A stretch of DNA of 64,000 nucleotides from an uncultured Candidatus Rokubacteria bacterium (GCA_963771355.1 CAVYTA010000005.1:832001-896000); one strand, 5' to 3'. Shown: positions 23,516 to 33,159, counted from the stretch's first letter. The notes: generated from the letters alone by a model not told the origin. Made by a program: numbers and translations.

Positions 23516-24724
23516 ATGCGTCACCGCTTCCTCATCGCGCTGACCGCCGTGGCCCTCGCCGCGGGCCCGTCGGCCGCCGAGATTTCCGACGGCACGATAA
23601 AGATTGGCGTCCTCAACGACCAGTCCAGCCTCTACTCGGACCTCGCCGGGCAGGGGTCGGTGGTGGCCGCCCGCATGGCGGTGGAGGACTACGGCACCGC
23701 CGCCAAGGGCCTCAAGGTCGAGATCATCTTCGCCGACCATCAGAACAAGGCCGACGTCGGCTCCGCGATCGCGCGGCAGTGGTACGACGTGGACAAGGTG
23801 GACGCGATCGTGGACGTCCCGAACTCGGGCGTCGCGCTCGCCATCAACCAGATCACGCGCGACAAGGGCAAGGCCTTCATCGTGTCCTCGGCGGCCTCCT
23901 CGGATCTCACCGGCAAGGCCTGCTCGCCCAATACCGTCCACTGGACCTACGATACCTGGGCCCTCGCCAACGGCACCGGCAATGCCATCACCAAGACGGG
24001 TGGCGACACCTGGTTCTTCATCACCGCCGACTACGCCTTCGGGCTGGCGCTGGAGCGTGACGTCGAGGCGGTGGTGCTCAAGAACGGCGGCAAGGTGCTC
24101 GGCAAGGTGCGCCACCCGCTCAACAATCAAGACTTCTCCTCGTTCCTCCTCCAGGCGCAGGCGTCCAAGGCCAAGATCGTCGGGCTGGCCAATGCGGGCG
24201 GCGACACGACCAACTCCATCAAGCAGGGGGCGGAGTTCGGCATCGTCAAGGGCGGCCAGAACTTCGCCGGCCTCCTCGTCTTCCTCACCGACGTGCACGC
24301 GCTCGGCCTGCCCGCCGCCCAGGGGCTCATCTTCACGGAGACCTTTTACTGGGACATGAACGACAAGACCCGGGCCTTCGCCAAGCGCTTCGCCGAGCGG
24401 AACCGGGGTATCCATCCCACCATGATCCACGCGGGGGTCTACGCGGGCGTGACCCACTACCTCAAGGCGGTGGAGGCGCTCAAGTCGGATGAGGGCGGCA
24501 AGGTGATCGCCAAGATGAAGGAGCTCCCCACCGACGATCCGCTCTTCGGCAAGGGGACCATCCGGGTCGACGGGCGAAAGGTCCACCCCGCCTATCTCTT
24601 CGAGGTCAAGAAGCCGGCGGAGTCCAAGGGGCCCTGGGACTACTACAAGCTCCGCGCGACGATCCCGGCCGAGCAGGCGTTCCGGCCGCTGGACCAGGGC
24701 GACTGTCCCCTCGTGAAGAAGTAA
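23516..24724 (+). CDS. Liv-type ABC substrate-binding protein
   Basis: AAAGGAG RBS; signal peptide; KIGVLNDQS, ADHQNKAD, TADYAFG, DFSSFLLQAQAS. Confidence 0.92.
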   Translation: MRHRFLIALTAVALAAGPSAAEISDGTIKIGVLNDQSSLYSDLAGQGSVVAARMAVEDYGTAAKGLKVEIIFADHQNKADVGSAIARQWYDVDKVDAIVDVPNSGVALAINQITRDKGKAFIVSSAASSDLTGKACSPNTVHWTYDTWALANGTGNAITKTGGDTWFFITADYAFGLALERDVEAVVLKNGGKVLGKVRHPLNNQDFSSFLLQAQASKAKIVGLANAGGDTTNSIKQGAEFGIVKGGQNFAGLLVFLTDVHALGLPAAQGLIFTETFYWDMNDKTRAFAKRFAERNRGIHPTMIHAGVYAGVTHYLKAVEALKSDEGGKVIAKMKELPTDDPLFGKGTIRVDGRKVHPAYLFEVKKPAESKGPWDYYKLRATIPAEQAFRPLDQGDCPLVKK

Positions 24725-24749
24725 CGGTCGGCGCGGACCTGGGGCGGCG

Positions 24750-25637
24750 ATGATTCCGATTCTCGGCATCCCGCCCCAGGCCCTCTTCGGCCAGCTCCTG
24801 ATCGGCCTGATCAACGGCTCCTTCTATGCCCTCCTGAGCCTCGGCCTGGCCGTCATCTTCGGCCTGCTGAACATCATCAACTTTACCCACGGCGCCCAGT
24901 ACATGATGGGCGCTTTCGTGGCGTGGTTCCTCCTCCAGCACGCCGGGCTCGGCTACTGGTGGGCGCTCCTCCTGGCGCCCATCGCGGTCGGGCTCTTCGG
25001 GATCCTGCTCGAGCGCACCATGCTCAAGCGCCTCTATCAGCTCGACCACCTCTATGGCCTGCTCCTGACGTTCGGCCTCGCGCTCATCATCCAGGGACTC
25101 TTCCGCAACCAGTACGGCTCCTCCGGGTTGCCCTATGCCATCCCCAGCCAGCTCCAGGGCGGGCAGAACCTGGGCTTCATGTTCCTGCCCAACTATCGCG
25201 CCTGGGTCATCGTGTTCTCGCTCGTGGTCTGCCTCGGTACCTGGTACGTCATCGAGCGGACGCGCCTGGGCTCCTATCTGCGCGCCGCCACCGAGAACCC
25301 CACCCTCGTGCAAGCCTTCGGCATCAACGTGCCGCGGATGATCACGCTCACCTACGGCTTCGGCGTGGGGCTGGCCGCGCTCGCCGGCGTGATGGCCGCG
25401 CCCATCTACCAGGTCAACCCGCTCATGGGCGGTGACCTCATCATCGTGGTCTTCGCGGTGGTGGTGATCGGCGGCATGGGCTCCATCATGGGCTCGATCG
25501 TGACGGGCTTCGGGCTGGGTGTCGTCGAGGGTCTCACCAAGGTGTTCTACCCGGAGGCCTCCAACACTGTCATCTTCGTCATCATGGCGGTGGTCCTCCT
25601 GGTGAAGCCCGCCGGACTCTTCGGGAGAGCCCAGTAG
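24750..25637 (+). CDS. ABC permease (LivH-like)
   Basis: GLAVIFGLLNIINFTHG, VVIGGMGS, KPAGLFG. Confidence 0.92.
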   Translation: MIPILGIPPQALFGQLLIGLINGSFYALLSLGLAVIFGLLNIINFTHGAQYMMGAFVAWFLLQHAGLGYWWALLLAPIAVGLFGILLERTMLKRLYQLDHLYGLLLTFGLALIIQGLFRNQYGSSGLPYAIPSQLQGGQNLGFMFLPNYRAWVIVFSLVVCLGTWYVIERTRLGSYLRAATENPTLVQAFGINVPRMITLTYGFGVGLAALAGVMAAPIYQVNPLMGGDLIIVVFAVVVIGGMGSIMGSIVTGFGLGVVEGLTKVFYPEASNTVIFVIMAVVLLVKPAGLFGRAQ

Positions 25638-26573
25638 ATGGAGCCGGCTCGGCTCGGCCACCAGTGGATCGCCTTCGCGGTGATGGTGGCCGTCCTCGCG
25701 GTGGCGCCCTTCGTCGTCTACCCCGTCTTCCTCATGAAGGCGCTCTGCTTCGGCCTCTTCGCCTGCGCCTTCAATCTCCTCATCGGCTATGTGGGCCTGC
25801 TGTCCTTCGGCCACGCGGCCTTCCTGGGCTCGGCCGGCTACGTGACCGCGCACGCCGCGAAGGTCTGGGGCTGGGGACCCGAAGCCGCCATCCTCGCGGG
25901 CGTGGCCGCCGCCGCCGTCCTGGGCCTCCTCATCGGCGCCCTCGCCATCCGGCGTCAGGGCATCTACTTCGCCATGACCACCTTGGCGCTGGCCCAGATG
26001 ATCTACTTCTTCTGCCTCCAGGCGCCCTTTACCCACGGCGAGGACGGCATCCAGTCCGTGCCGCGTGGCCGTCTCCTGGGGGTGCTGGACCTCAACCACA
26101 CCCTCACGCTCTACTTCGTCGTCCTGGCGATCTTCCTCGCCGGGTTCCTCATCATCTACCGCGCCATCCACTCGCCCTTCGGTCAGGTGCTCAAGGCCAT
26201 TCGCGAGAACGAGCCGCGCGCCATCTCGCTGGGCTACAAGGCCGACCAGTACAAGCTCATCGCCTTCGTGCTGTCCACCGCGCTCGTCGGGGTGGCCGGC
26301 GGCACCAAGGCCCTGGTCTTTCAGCTCGCCTCCCTCACCGACGTCCACTGGACCATGTCCGGCGAGGTGGTGCTCATGACCCTCCTGGGCGGGCTGGGGA
26401 CGGTGTTCGGCCCCGTGGTGGGTGCCTTCATCGTCATCACGCTGGAGAACTACCTGGCCCAGCTCGGCGCCTGGGTCACCGTCGTGCAGGGGGCCATCTT
26501 CGTGGTGTGCGTGCTGACCTTCCGGCGCGGGGTGGTGGGCGAGCTGGCGCGGCTGATTCGCAAGCCGCTGTAG
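25638..26573 (+). CDS. ABC permease (LivM-like)
   Basis: GYVGLLSFGHAAF, AIRENEPRA..LGY, LGGLGTVFGP. Confidence 0.92.
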   Translation: MEPARLGHQWIAFAVMVAVLAVAPFVVYPVFLMKALCFGLFACAFNLLIGYVGLLSFGHAAFLGSAGYVTAHAAKVWGWGPEAAILAGVAAAAVLGLLIGALAIRRQGIYFAMTTLALAQMIYFFCLQAPFTHGEDGIQSVPRGRLLGVLDLNHTLTLYFVVLAIFLAGFLIIYRAIHSPFGQVLKAIRENEPRAISLGYKADQYKLIAFVLSTALVGVAGGTKALVFQLASLTDVHWTMSGEVVLMTLLGGLGTVFGPVVGAFIVITLENYLAQLGAWVTVVQGAIFVVCVLTFRRGVVGELARLIRKPL

Positions 26574-26583
26574 GGCGGATCCC

Positions 26584-27090
26584 ATGACGGACTTGACGTA
26601 TCGCTCGCCAAAGACGGAAGTGCGCGAGAGCCCCATCCAGGGACGGGGCCTGTTCGCGAAGCACGCCATCGCGCGGGGAGAGATCGTGGCCGTCAAGGGC
26701 GGCCATGTGCTGACCCGGGGGGAGTGGACGGCACTCGAGGGGCAGCTCGGGCCGGCGGAGATCCAGATCTCGGAGGATCTCGTCATCGCGCCGGTGAACA
26801 ATGAGGAGCGCCACGGCGCCATGCTGTATAGCAACCATTCCTGTGATCCCAACATCGCCATCCAGGGGCAGATCGTGCTCGTGGCGATGCGGAACATCGC
26901 GCCGGGTGAAGAGCTGACGCATGACTGGGCGACGACCGACGACGGAGACTACCAGATGGAGTGCCGGTGCGGGAGTCCCCGTTGCCGCCGCGTCGTCACC
27001 GGAAAGGACTGGATGAAGCGGGAGCTGCAGGCGCGATACCAGGGCTGGTTCTGCTGGTTCCTCCAGCGGAAGATCGACGCGGGCCGGTGA
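26584..27090 (+). CDS. SET domain protein with post-SET Cys motif
   Basis: SPIQGRGLFA, NHSCDPN, GEELTHDW, CRCGSPRCR. Confidence 0.9.
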   Translation: MTDLTYRSPKTEVRESPIQGRGLFAKHAIARGEIVAVKGGHVLTRGEWTALEGQLGPAEIQISEDLVIAPVNNEERHGAMLYSNHSCDPNIAIQGQIVLVAMRNIAPGEELTHDWATTDDGDYQMECRCGSPRCRRVVTGKDWMKRELQARYQGWFCWFLQRKIDAGR

Positions 27091-27109
27091 GCGGCCGGGA
27101 CCCGCGCGC

Positions 27110-27577
27110 ATGAAGACGAGCGCCGGGCTCCTGCTCTATCGTGACGCCTTCGGTCGGCTCGAGGTGCTCCTCGTGCACCCGGGCGGGCCGTTCTGGGCGA
27201 AGAAGGACGCCGGCGCGTGGTCCATTCCCAAGGGCGAGATCGGGGCGGGGGAAGATCCCCTCGCCGCCGCGAAGCGCGAGTTCGAGGAAGAGACCGGGAC
27301 GCGGCCGCCGGGCGAGGCCATCGCGCTGCCACCGCGGCGCCAGGCGGGCGGGAAGCTCGTCCACGCGTGGGCGGTGCGGGGAGATCTGGATCCCGCCGCG
27401 CTGAAGAGCACGACCTTTACCCTGGAGTGGCCGCCGCGGTCGGGCCGCCGGCAGGAGTTCCCGGAGGTCGATCGCGCCGCCTGGTTCACGCTGGACGAGG
27501 CGCGGGACAAGATCCTGAAGAGCCAGGCGCCGTTCCTGGACGACCTCGAGCGGATCGCCGGGCGCTCCTCAGGCTAG
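27110..27577 (+). CDS. NUDIX hydrolase
   Basis: LLVHPGGPFW, WSIPKG, AAKREFEEETG, FPEVDRA. Confidence 0.9.
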   Translation: MKTSAGLLLYRDAFGRLEVLLVHPGGPFWAKKDAGAWSIPKGEIGAGEDPLAAAKREFEEETGTRPPGEAIALPPRRQAGGKLVHAWAVRGDLDPAALKSTTFTLEWPPRSGRRQEFPEVDRAAWFTLDEARDKILKSQAPFLDDLERIAGRSSG

Positions 27578-27634
27578 GGCAGGAGGACGCTCCCGGCGAT
27601 GCCGGCCCGCGCGCGCTTTCTTGGCGGCGATAGC

Positions 27635-28000
27635 TTACTTGGCTGCTGCGGTCTTGAGCACTGCGGATGCGCAGGCCTCGGCTACGTCTCGATTGGGGTC
27701 CGCTTGCCCCGGGAACGTCGCCCAGCCGGTCTTCATCACGAACTCCGTCTGTTCCCACGACGAGGTGATGGCGGTGAGCTCGCCCAGCTTCTTGGCGCGG
27801 CCCACATCGGCCTTCTGCCCGGCGAGACAGATCGGGACCAGCGCCGCCGTGACCGCGGCATCCGACTGCTTCTGCGCCACCTGGCGCGCGGTGCTACCCG
27901 TCGTCCAGCCTCCCCAGCTGAAACCTACGATCATGGTGAGAATGCTGCCCACGACAACGCCCCAGACCCCTGGCTTGAACCACGCCCGTAGCAATTGCAT
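27635..28000 (-). CDS. hypothetical membrane-anchored protein
   Basis: N-terminal TM ending GFSWGGW, two Cys, purine-rich RBS. Confidence 0.7.
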   Translation of the reverse strand: MQLLRAWFKPGVWGVVVGSILTMIVGFSWGGWTTGSTARQVAQKQSDAAVTAALVPICLAGQKADVGRAKKLGELTAITSSWEQTEFVMKTGWATFPGQADPNRDVAEACASAVLKTAAAK

Positions 28001-28100
28001 GACGTACCCCCTGATATTGTGGATTGGTAGGCTCAAGTGTAAGGAGTTGCTTTCGGGCCCGATATTGGACCAAAGTCCACCATGATTTCGCGCTGGCGCC

Positions 28101-28256
28101 GTGAGGAGCCGCGCTGACGTGGCGCTCCGGCACCTGGGCTTCATCGATCTGCCCGCCCACGCCACGGCCGGCGGATTCGATCATGCCGCGGTGCACGAGC
28201 CGACGGGGCGGATCTACGTGGCCCACACCGCCAACGACGCCGTGGACGTGATCGCG
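28101..28256 (+). pseudogene. 5' fragment of a YncE/YVTN beta-propeller protein
   Basis: GFDHAAVH...RIYVAHTANDAVDVI then similarity stops abruptly. Confidence 0.55.
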
Positions 28257-28294
28257 CCGCCTATGAGGACGACGCGTGACGGTGGTGACCGCCA

Positions 28295-28327
28295 GGTGGC
28301 CGCGGCGGCGCGCGCCGCCGGGCCACC
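28295..28327. terminator. long GC inverted repeat after haloperoxidase-like gene
   Basis: GGTGGCC-G-CGGCGGCGC / GCGCCGCCG-GGCCACC. Confidence 0.45.
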
Positions 28328-28364
28328 CCAGGTGACGAGGTCGCCCGGCGGCGCTTGACCGCGT

Positions 28365-29690
28365 CTACTTCCGCGGCTGCAGGTAGAGCGCAGCGGCCCG
28401 CTGTCCGACTTTCCGTCCGAGAGCGAGTCCGTCCTCGCACGCGCTGCGGAAGTGGATGCCGGCGTAGACGCGCGAATCCGCGGCCTCCCGCGCGGCCTGG
28501 GAGAAGCTCGTGAAGGACCGCGTGATCCCTGGGAAGGGCCTGTCGCTCGTGAAGCTGAAGTTGGCCTGATCGCCCAGGACAGTGGCGAGCACTACCGCGG
28601 CGGCACCGCTGAACGTGCTTTGCGTGGACGGATAGTCGGAGACGGCGGGGGTGTTCTGATGACTGTCCCAGGTCGGGTCACCCACAGTGGCATCGTTGCC
28701 GTCGTTGTCGCCCTCGCGGATGGCGGTGATCGGGCGCCACAGGTCATACACGTAGCGGATCTTGAAGCCCGCGATGTAGGCGTCCGCCATTGCCATGCTC
28801 ATGAGGGCGAGGAGCCGGGCGCTGTCCCTGAGGTCGAGGTTGCGCGAGGTCGCCACCGTGCGCGCGATGGTGTTCCAGGTGCCCGGGCCTTCGAACCAGA
28901 AGCGCGCGATCTCCGTCTGGTCGGGCGTGCGGACGGTGCTGACCTTGCCGCCGAGGTTCTTCACCTCGTTGTAGTCCCGCGCGTAGGTGGCGCTGTTCAA
29001 TGCCGGCGGCCCCGGAAGCCAGTACTGCGAGGACGAGAGCAAGGTGAACGGGGTGACATTGCCCCAGCCCGGAAGGGTCGAGGCGAGGTACCCGCGCGCC
29101 GCGTCCGGATTGGCGATGGGCGGATTGGCGGGATCGGGGTTCGGATGGGGCCGCCACTTGCCGGGACCCACGCCCGGCGTATAGGGCGCGTCGCGGGAGA
29201 CGCCGTCATCCTTGCGCAGCGTCAGCATCGCGGCACCGGCCGCGCGGCCGACGGCCACGCCCTGGTTCCGGGCGGGGCTGGCGGTGACTCGAGCGATGGA
29301 CGTGACATAGGCCTGCTCGACCAGGGCGAGCGCGGCGCCCTTCTGAGCGGGCGTGCCGAAGCTATTGACGACACCGACCAGCACCGTGTGGGCAGCCGCG
29401 GCGACGGCGACGTCGGGCGACGCGGTCGCGTCCGCGGGCCCCTCGAAGTAATAGGCGTCGTACTTACGGTTGATCGCGTTCAGCGCGTCGTGGATCGCCC
29501 CGTTCATCATCGCGAGGGTGCGGGTTGACACGATGGTGTTCTGGCCGTTGGCGTCCATGAACTTCTTGGCCGTCTCGTTCCACTGGACGACCTCGTTGGC
29601 GGCGGCGGGGGTAGCGAGGGCGAGACTCAGGAGACCGGCGACCAGAGCGGTGGGGACGGCAAGTCCGATGATTCGGGCCATACGCATCAT
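28365..29690 (-). CDS. secreted vanadium-dependent haloperoxidase / PAP2-superfamily protein (copy 1; PSTQ variant)
   Basis: Signal peptide; VVQWN, YARDYNEVK..G, RYVYDLWRP, DYPSTQS, SRVYAGIHF; GGAGG RBS. Confidence 0.85.
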   Translation of the reverse strand: MMRMARIIGLAVPTALVAGLLSLALATPAAANEVVQWNETAKKFMDANGQNTIVSTRTLAMMNGAIHDALNAINRKYDAYYFEGPADATASPDVAVAAAAHTVLVGVVNSFGTPAQKGAALALVEQAYVTSIARVTASPARNQGVAVGRAAGAAMLTLRKDDGVSRDAPYTPGVGPGKWRPHPNPDPANPPIANPDAARGYLASTLPGWGNVTPFTLLSSSQYWLPGPPALNSATYARDYNEVKNLGGKVSTVRTPDQTEIARFWFEGPGTWNTIARTVATSRNLDLRDSARLLALMSMAMADAYIAGFKIRYVYDLWRPITAIREGDNDGNDATVGDPTWDSHQNTPAVSDYPSTQSTFSGAAAVVLATVLGDQANFSFTSDRPFPGITRSFTSFSQAAREAADSRVYAGIHFRSACEDGLALGRKVGQRAAALYLQPRK

Positions 29691-29744
29691 AGGCAATCCT
29701 CCCTCGGCAACGAATCGTTCACATCACCCGCGGAGCCCGTGCCA

Positions 29745-30794
29745 TCACGGGTTCTTGGCTTCCCAATCGCGCGCGGCATCGACCATCGACTCGAAGGCCG
29801 CGCCATACTTGAGCAGCGCCGCCTTGAGGGCCGGGTCGATATCCTTGTAGAGTCCCGCATCGTCGAGCGGCATCTTGTCCTCGCGCACCGACTGCATGAT
29901 GCGCTTGATCTCGCCCGCCGCGTGCGCGGGCGTCTGCATCAAGACGAGCCGCTTCATCGCGGTGTAGTTGTCGGGGGCGTGGCATTGGTGGCAGGTGCCC
30001 TTGCGCAGCTCGCCCGCCAGGTCCTTGAAGGCCCCTTCGAGCTGGCCCAGGTAAGGGTTGTTGCTGCGCAGCAAGCCCACGAAGAGGGTCGGGCGGGGCT
30101 GGCTCTGCCCGTTGGCATCCGTCCACATCCACTTGCCGTCGAATGCCGGCGGCGTATGGGGCAGGCTGGTCAGGCGCGGGTCGGGCTTGCCCCGAGCGGA
30201 GAATTGCATGATCACGACCTTGACCTTGGCCGGGTCGACCCAGAACGTCAGCTCGTTGGCGGCTTGATAGTCTGCCCATTTCTTGGCGTCGTGCCAGAAC
30301 GGGTACGGATACTGCCCGGGGTCCAGGGCGTTGCGGAACAAGGCGGGCGCCCGGACGCGGTAGAGCCGTTCCGTCGGATCGAAATTGATCTCGTAGTCCC
30401 CGGTGAACATGAACATCGGTAGGTACAATCCTGACATGACGTCCGGCGCGAACTGGGTGAGGTTGGTGTCCCTCAGCCGTTTGCCATCTGGATTCGGTCG
30501 GCCCCAGAGCACGATCGGCGCGATGCCTCTCCGGAACGCCGAATCTCCATACAGCGTGGCTCGGCACCGGTCGAGGGCGGCTTGATCGGCGGGACTCGCG
30601 AGAGGGCAGGCGGTGGCCGTCTGCCGGATCAACGTGCCGATGAAGTGCTCGACGGCGCCCCGCTGGGACTCCTGGGCGTCGACGCTGATGGCCATCAGCG
30701 AAATCAGCGCGCCGGCGCACAGCAGCAGGCCGCGGCGGGCGCATGCGCGTCCGAGCCCCCAGCCTCGCCCGGCGCTCGACATCAAGGTGCCCAT
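29745..30794 (-). CDS. exported protein with C-terminal c-type heme motif (CHQCH)
   Basis: Signal peptide; CHQCH and downstream KMP (candidate Met ligand); AGGAG RBS. Confidence 0.75.
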   Translation of the reverse strand: MGTLMSSAGRGWGLGRACARRGLLLCAGALISLMAISVDAQESQRGAVEHFIGTLIRQTATACPLASPADQAALDRCRATLYGDSAFRRGIAPIVLWGRPNPDGKRLRDTNLTQFAPDVMSGLYLPMFMFTGDYEINFDPTERLYRVRAPALFRNALDPGQYPYPFWHDAKKWADYQAANELTFWVDPAKVKVVIMQFSARGKPDPRLTSLPHTPPAFDGKWMWTDANGQSQPRPTLFVGLLRSNNPYLGQLEGAFKDLAGELRKGTCHQCHAPDNYTAMKRLVLMQTPAHAAGEIKRIMQSVREDKMPLDDAGLYKDIDPALKAALLKYGAAFESMVDAARDWEAKNP

Positions 30795-30804
30795 CTCACG
30801 TCTC

Positions 30805-32142
30805 CTACGGTCGATATGGCTGCAGGTACTGGGCGAAGGCCTGGCGTCCGATTTGCTCGCCCTGGAGGATGCCGGCCACGGTTGAGCTCCGGAAGTGGAT
30901 CCCGGAGTACACGCGCGAGTCGCCATTCTCTTCCTGAGCCTCGCTGAAGCTCTTGAACGAGCGGGTGAGTCCCGCAAAGGGTGGGCCGCTGGTCATCGTG
31001 AAGCTGAGTTGATCGGTGCCGAAGAAGCGAGACATCACGACCGCGGCCGCCCCGCCGAGCACGCTGTGTGTCGATGGATACTCGGGGAGCGGCGGCGTAT
31101 TCATGAAGGTCTCCCAGGTGGGATCTCCCACCGTGGCATCGTTTCCATCCGCGTCGCCCGTCCGGATGGCCGTCACCGGCCGCCAGAAGTTGTAGAGGTA
31201 GCGTGTATCGGCCCCCGCGATGTATCCGTCGGCCATCGCGGCGTTCAGGAGGCCAAAGAGGCGGGCGTGCTCCCAGCGGTCGAGGGCGCGTGGACCGGCG
31301 ATGACGCGGGCGATCCGATTCCAGCCCTGGAGCGAGCCTTCAAACCAGAAGCGCGCGATGTCCGCCTGCGCGGCTGTCCGCACGGTGCTCTGCTTGCCGC
31401 CGAGCCGTTTCACCTCGTTGTAGTCGCGCGCGTAGGTGTCGCTGGTGAGCGCCGGGGGCGGCCGCAGCCGAAATTGCCAGGGCGCGCGCATCGTGAACGG
31501 CATCATCTGGCCCCACTGCGGGAGCATGGCCGGCCAGTTTCCGACCGCCAGGACTGCGTCGGCGATGGGCGGGTGGGCGGGCACGGGATTCGGATGCGGG
31601 CGCCACTGCCCGGGTTGTGTCCCCGGAGTGTACGCCACCTGCGCGGTGGCGCCGTCGGCCTTCCGAAGAGCCAGCATGGCCGCGGCCGCAGCTTGCCCCG
31701 CGGCAATTCCATCCTGCTTCGGGCGGCCGTGAGGAATTTCCGCGAGGGCGGCAGCATAGGCCGCCTCTGCCCTCTCCCGTCCCTTGGCCTGCTGCTCGGG
31801 TGTGCCGAAGCCGGTCAGCGCCCCGACCAGCACGTCGCGCATGGCGGCCGCCACGGCGGCCGCGGGGGTCGCCCCGGGCTCTGCTCGCGCGTCATACAGA
31901 TACGGTTCGTAGCGCCGATCGATCGCATTGAGGGCGTCGTGGACAGCCAGGTGCGCCATGGCGAGCCCGCGGGTCATCACGACGGGGTTCTGACCGCCCA
32001 GGGCAAGGACATCGATGGCGATCACGTTCCAGTCGGTGATCTCGTCGGCGCGAGCGGATACGATCCCCGCAAGAGCCATGAACCCCCAGAGCGTCAGGAT
32101 CACGAGGGCGAGTCTGAGGAGTCGACGTCGTCGTCCGTCCAT
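30805..32142 (-). CDS. secreted vanadium-dependent haloperoxidase / PAP2-superfamily protein (copy 2; PSTH)
   Basis: Signal peptide; ITDWN, RYLYNFWRP, EYPSTHS, SRVYSGIHF; GGAGG RBS. Confidence 0.87.
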   Translation of the reverse strand: MDGRRRRLLRLALVILTLWGFMALAGIVSARADEITDWNVIAIDVLALGGQNPVVMTRGLAMAHLAVHDALNAIDRRYEPYLYDARAEPGATPAAAVAAAMRDVLVGALTGFGTPEQQAKGRERAEAAYAAALAEIPHGRPKQDGIAAGQAAAAAMLALRKADGATAQVAYTPGTQPGQWRPHPNPVPAHPPIADAVLAVGNWPAMLPQWGQMMPFTMRAPWQFRLRPPPALTSDTYARDYNEVKRLGGKQSTVRTAAQADIARFWFEGSLQGWNRIARVIAGPRALDRWEHARLFGLLNAAMADGYIAGADTRYLYNFWRPVTAIRTGDADGNDATVGDPTWETFMNTPPLPEYPSTHSVLGGAAAVVMSRFFGTDQLSFTMTSGPPFAGLTRSFKSFSEAQEENGDSRVYSGIHFRSSTVAGILQGEQIGRQAFAQYLQPYRP

Positions 32143-32214
32143 GGGGGACCTCCGGAGAGGAGCTCCATCCTTCACGCGAGTGCCACTGGATCAGCAACGG
32201 GGAGAATGACCATC

Positions 32215-32243
32215 AGACTAGGAAACTTCGGGAGGAGAGTCAA
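32215..32243 (-). promoter_or_regulatory. putative sigma70 promoter of the haloperoxidase-like operon
   Basis: TTGACT-17 nt-TAGTCT on minus strand. Confidence 0.55.
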
Positions 32244-32310
32244 GTTACCCCTGTGCTTACTCCGTGCGGAGGGCTGCGAATCTGAGGATCATGCGCACTT
32301 TGCTCGGAGC

Positions 32311-32345
32311 CCCACGAGCGCCGAGGTGAGCTCGACGCTCGTGGG
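32311..32345. terminator. stem-loop downstream of merR/small Cys protein operon
   Basis: CCCACGAGCG/CGCTCGTGGG 10-bp stem plus CGAG/CTCG. Confidence 0.5.
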
Positions 32346-32359
32346 CGAGGTCCAGGGGA

Positions 32360-32533
32360 TCAGATCTTCGTGAGCTGACCGGAGTGGATCAGCTCCACCA
32401 GCAGGTTCCACTCTTCCTTCTTGAGCACGGCGAGGTTGCCCGCCTCCCCGATACGGACCTCGTCACCGACCGCCTCGACGTCGGGGCACTGCCCGCAACC
32501 GGCTGGGCACAGGGTCACTTTGAACGTGTTCAT
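32360..32533 (-). CDS. small Cys-rich protein (57 aa), putative metal binder
   Basis: CPAGCGQCP motif; GGAGG RBS; follows MerR gene. Confidence 0.7.
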   Translation of the reverse strand: MNTFKVTLCPAGCGQCPDVEAVGDEVRIGEAGNLAVLKKEEWNLLVELIHSGQLTKI

Positions 32534-32538
32534 CTTGT

Positions 32539-32982
32539 TCACCTCCTCTCCGTTCTGACTGATAGACCTTTCTGACTGATAGACTTTCGATACAGGGACA
32601 GACCGCGGCCGGGCGATGGCGGGCTGGACCTCCACGACCGGAGCAATCCGCGGAGCTGCCCGCGAACCTGCTCCAGATCGGTCAGCACCCGCTCGATGTT
32701 CTCAAGCTTGACGTTGACGAGACGCAGGACGTGCGTGCACGGGGTCTGCCCGGAACGCTTGAGCGCCGCAATCTGCTTGATCTCATCCAGCCGGAAGCCG
32801 AGCCGCCGCGCCTGAGTGACAAACACGAGCAGCGCCAGCGTGTCGTCGGTGTAGACGCGATACCCAGCGGCCGTGCGGCGGGCGGGAGGTAAGATGCCGG
32901 CTCGCTCATAGAGGCGAAGCGCCTTGCGGCTGACGCCACTCTTCGCCGCTACCTCACCGATCAGCAGCCCGCTCCTCGCCAT
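32539..32982 (-). CDS. heavy-metal-responsive MerR family regulator (frameshift ~32622; 3' end approximate)
   Basis: IGEVA..GVSRKALRLYE, GYRVY, LGFRLDEI, PCTHV; AAVCPCIE lies in a shifted frame. Confidence 0.85.
   Translation of the reverse strand: MARSGLLIGEVAAKSGVSRKALRLYERAGILPPARRTAAGYRVYTDDTLALLVFVTQARRLGFRLDEIKQIAALKRSGQTPCTHVLRLVNVKLENIERVLTDLEQVRGQLRGLLRSWRSSPPSPGRGLSLYRKSISQKGLSVRTERR
32553..32584. repeat. tandem direct repeat, 15 nt unit at 17 nt period
   Basis: TTCTGACTGATAGAC at 32553 and 32570. Confidence 0.8.
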
Positions 32983-32988
32983 GAATGG

Positions 32989-33020
32989 AGGGTAAACCCT
33001 GCCCCCGAGGGCAAGGTCAA
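32989..33020 (-). promoter_or_regulatory. MerR-type promoter/operator with 20-bp spacer, apparently leaderless transcript
   Basis: TTGACC-TTGCCCTCGGGGGCAGGGTT-TACCCT with CCTTGCCC..GGGCAGGG dyad; ATG 6 nt after -10. Confidence 0.75.
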
Positions 33021-33159
33021 GGGGGTTTGTAAGTTACGGCGAGCCGCCCCGGTCGGTGCCCGCCTCGCCGTGACCGGGGAGAAGGAGTATATTGCGTTCG
33101 GCGGCCTCGAGAAGGCTAGCAGATCAGTACCGGCCGGCGGCAACACGGAGGGGCCCAAC

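Noticed and set aside
32553..32584. CRISPR-like or iteron repeat
   Set aside because: Only two copies with a 2-nt gap, so a simple local duplication.
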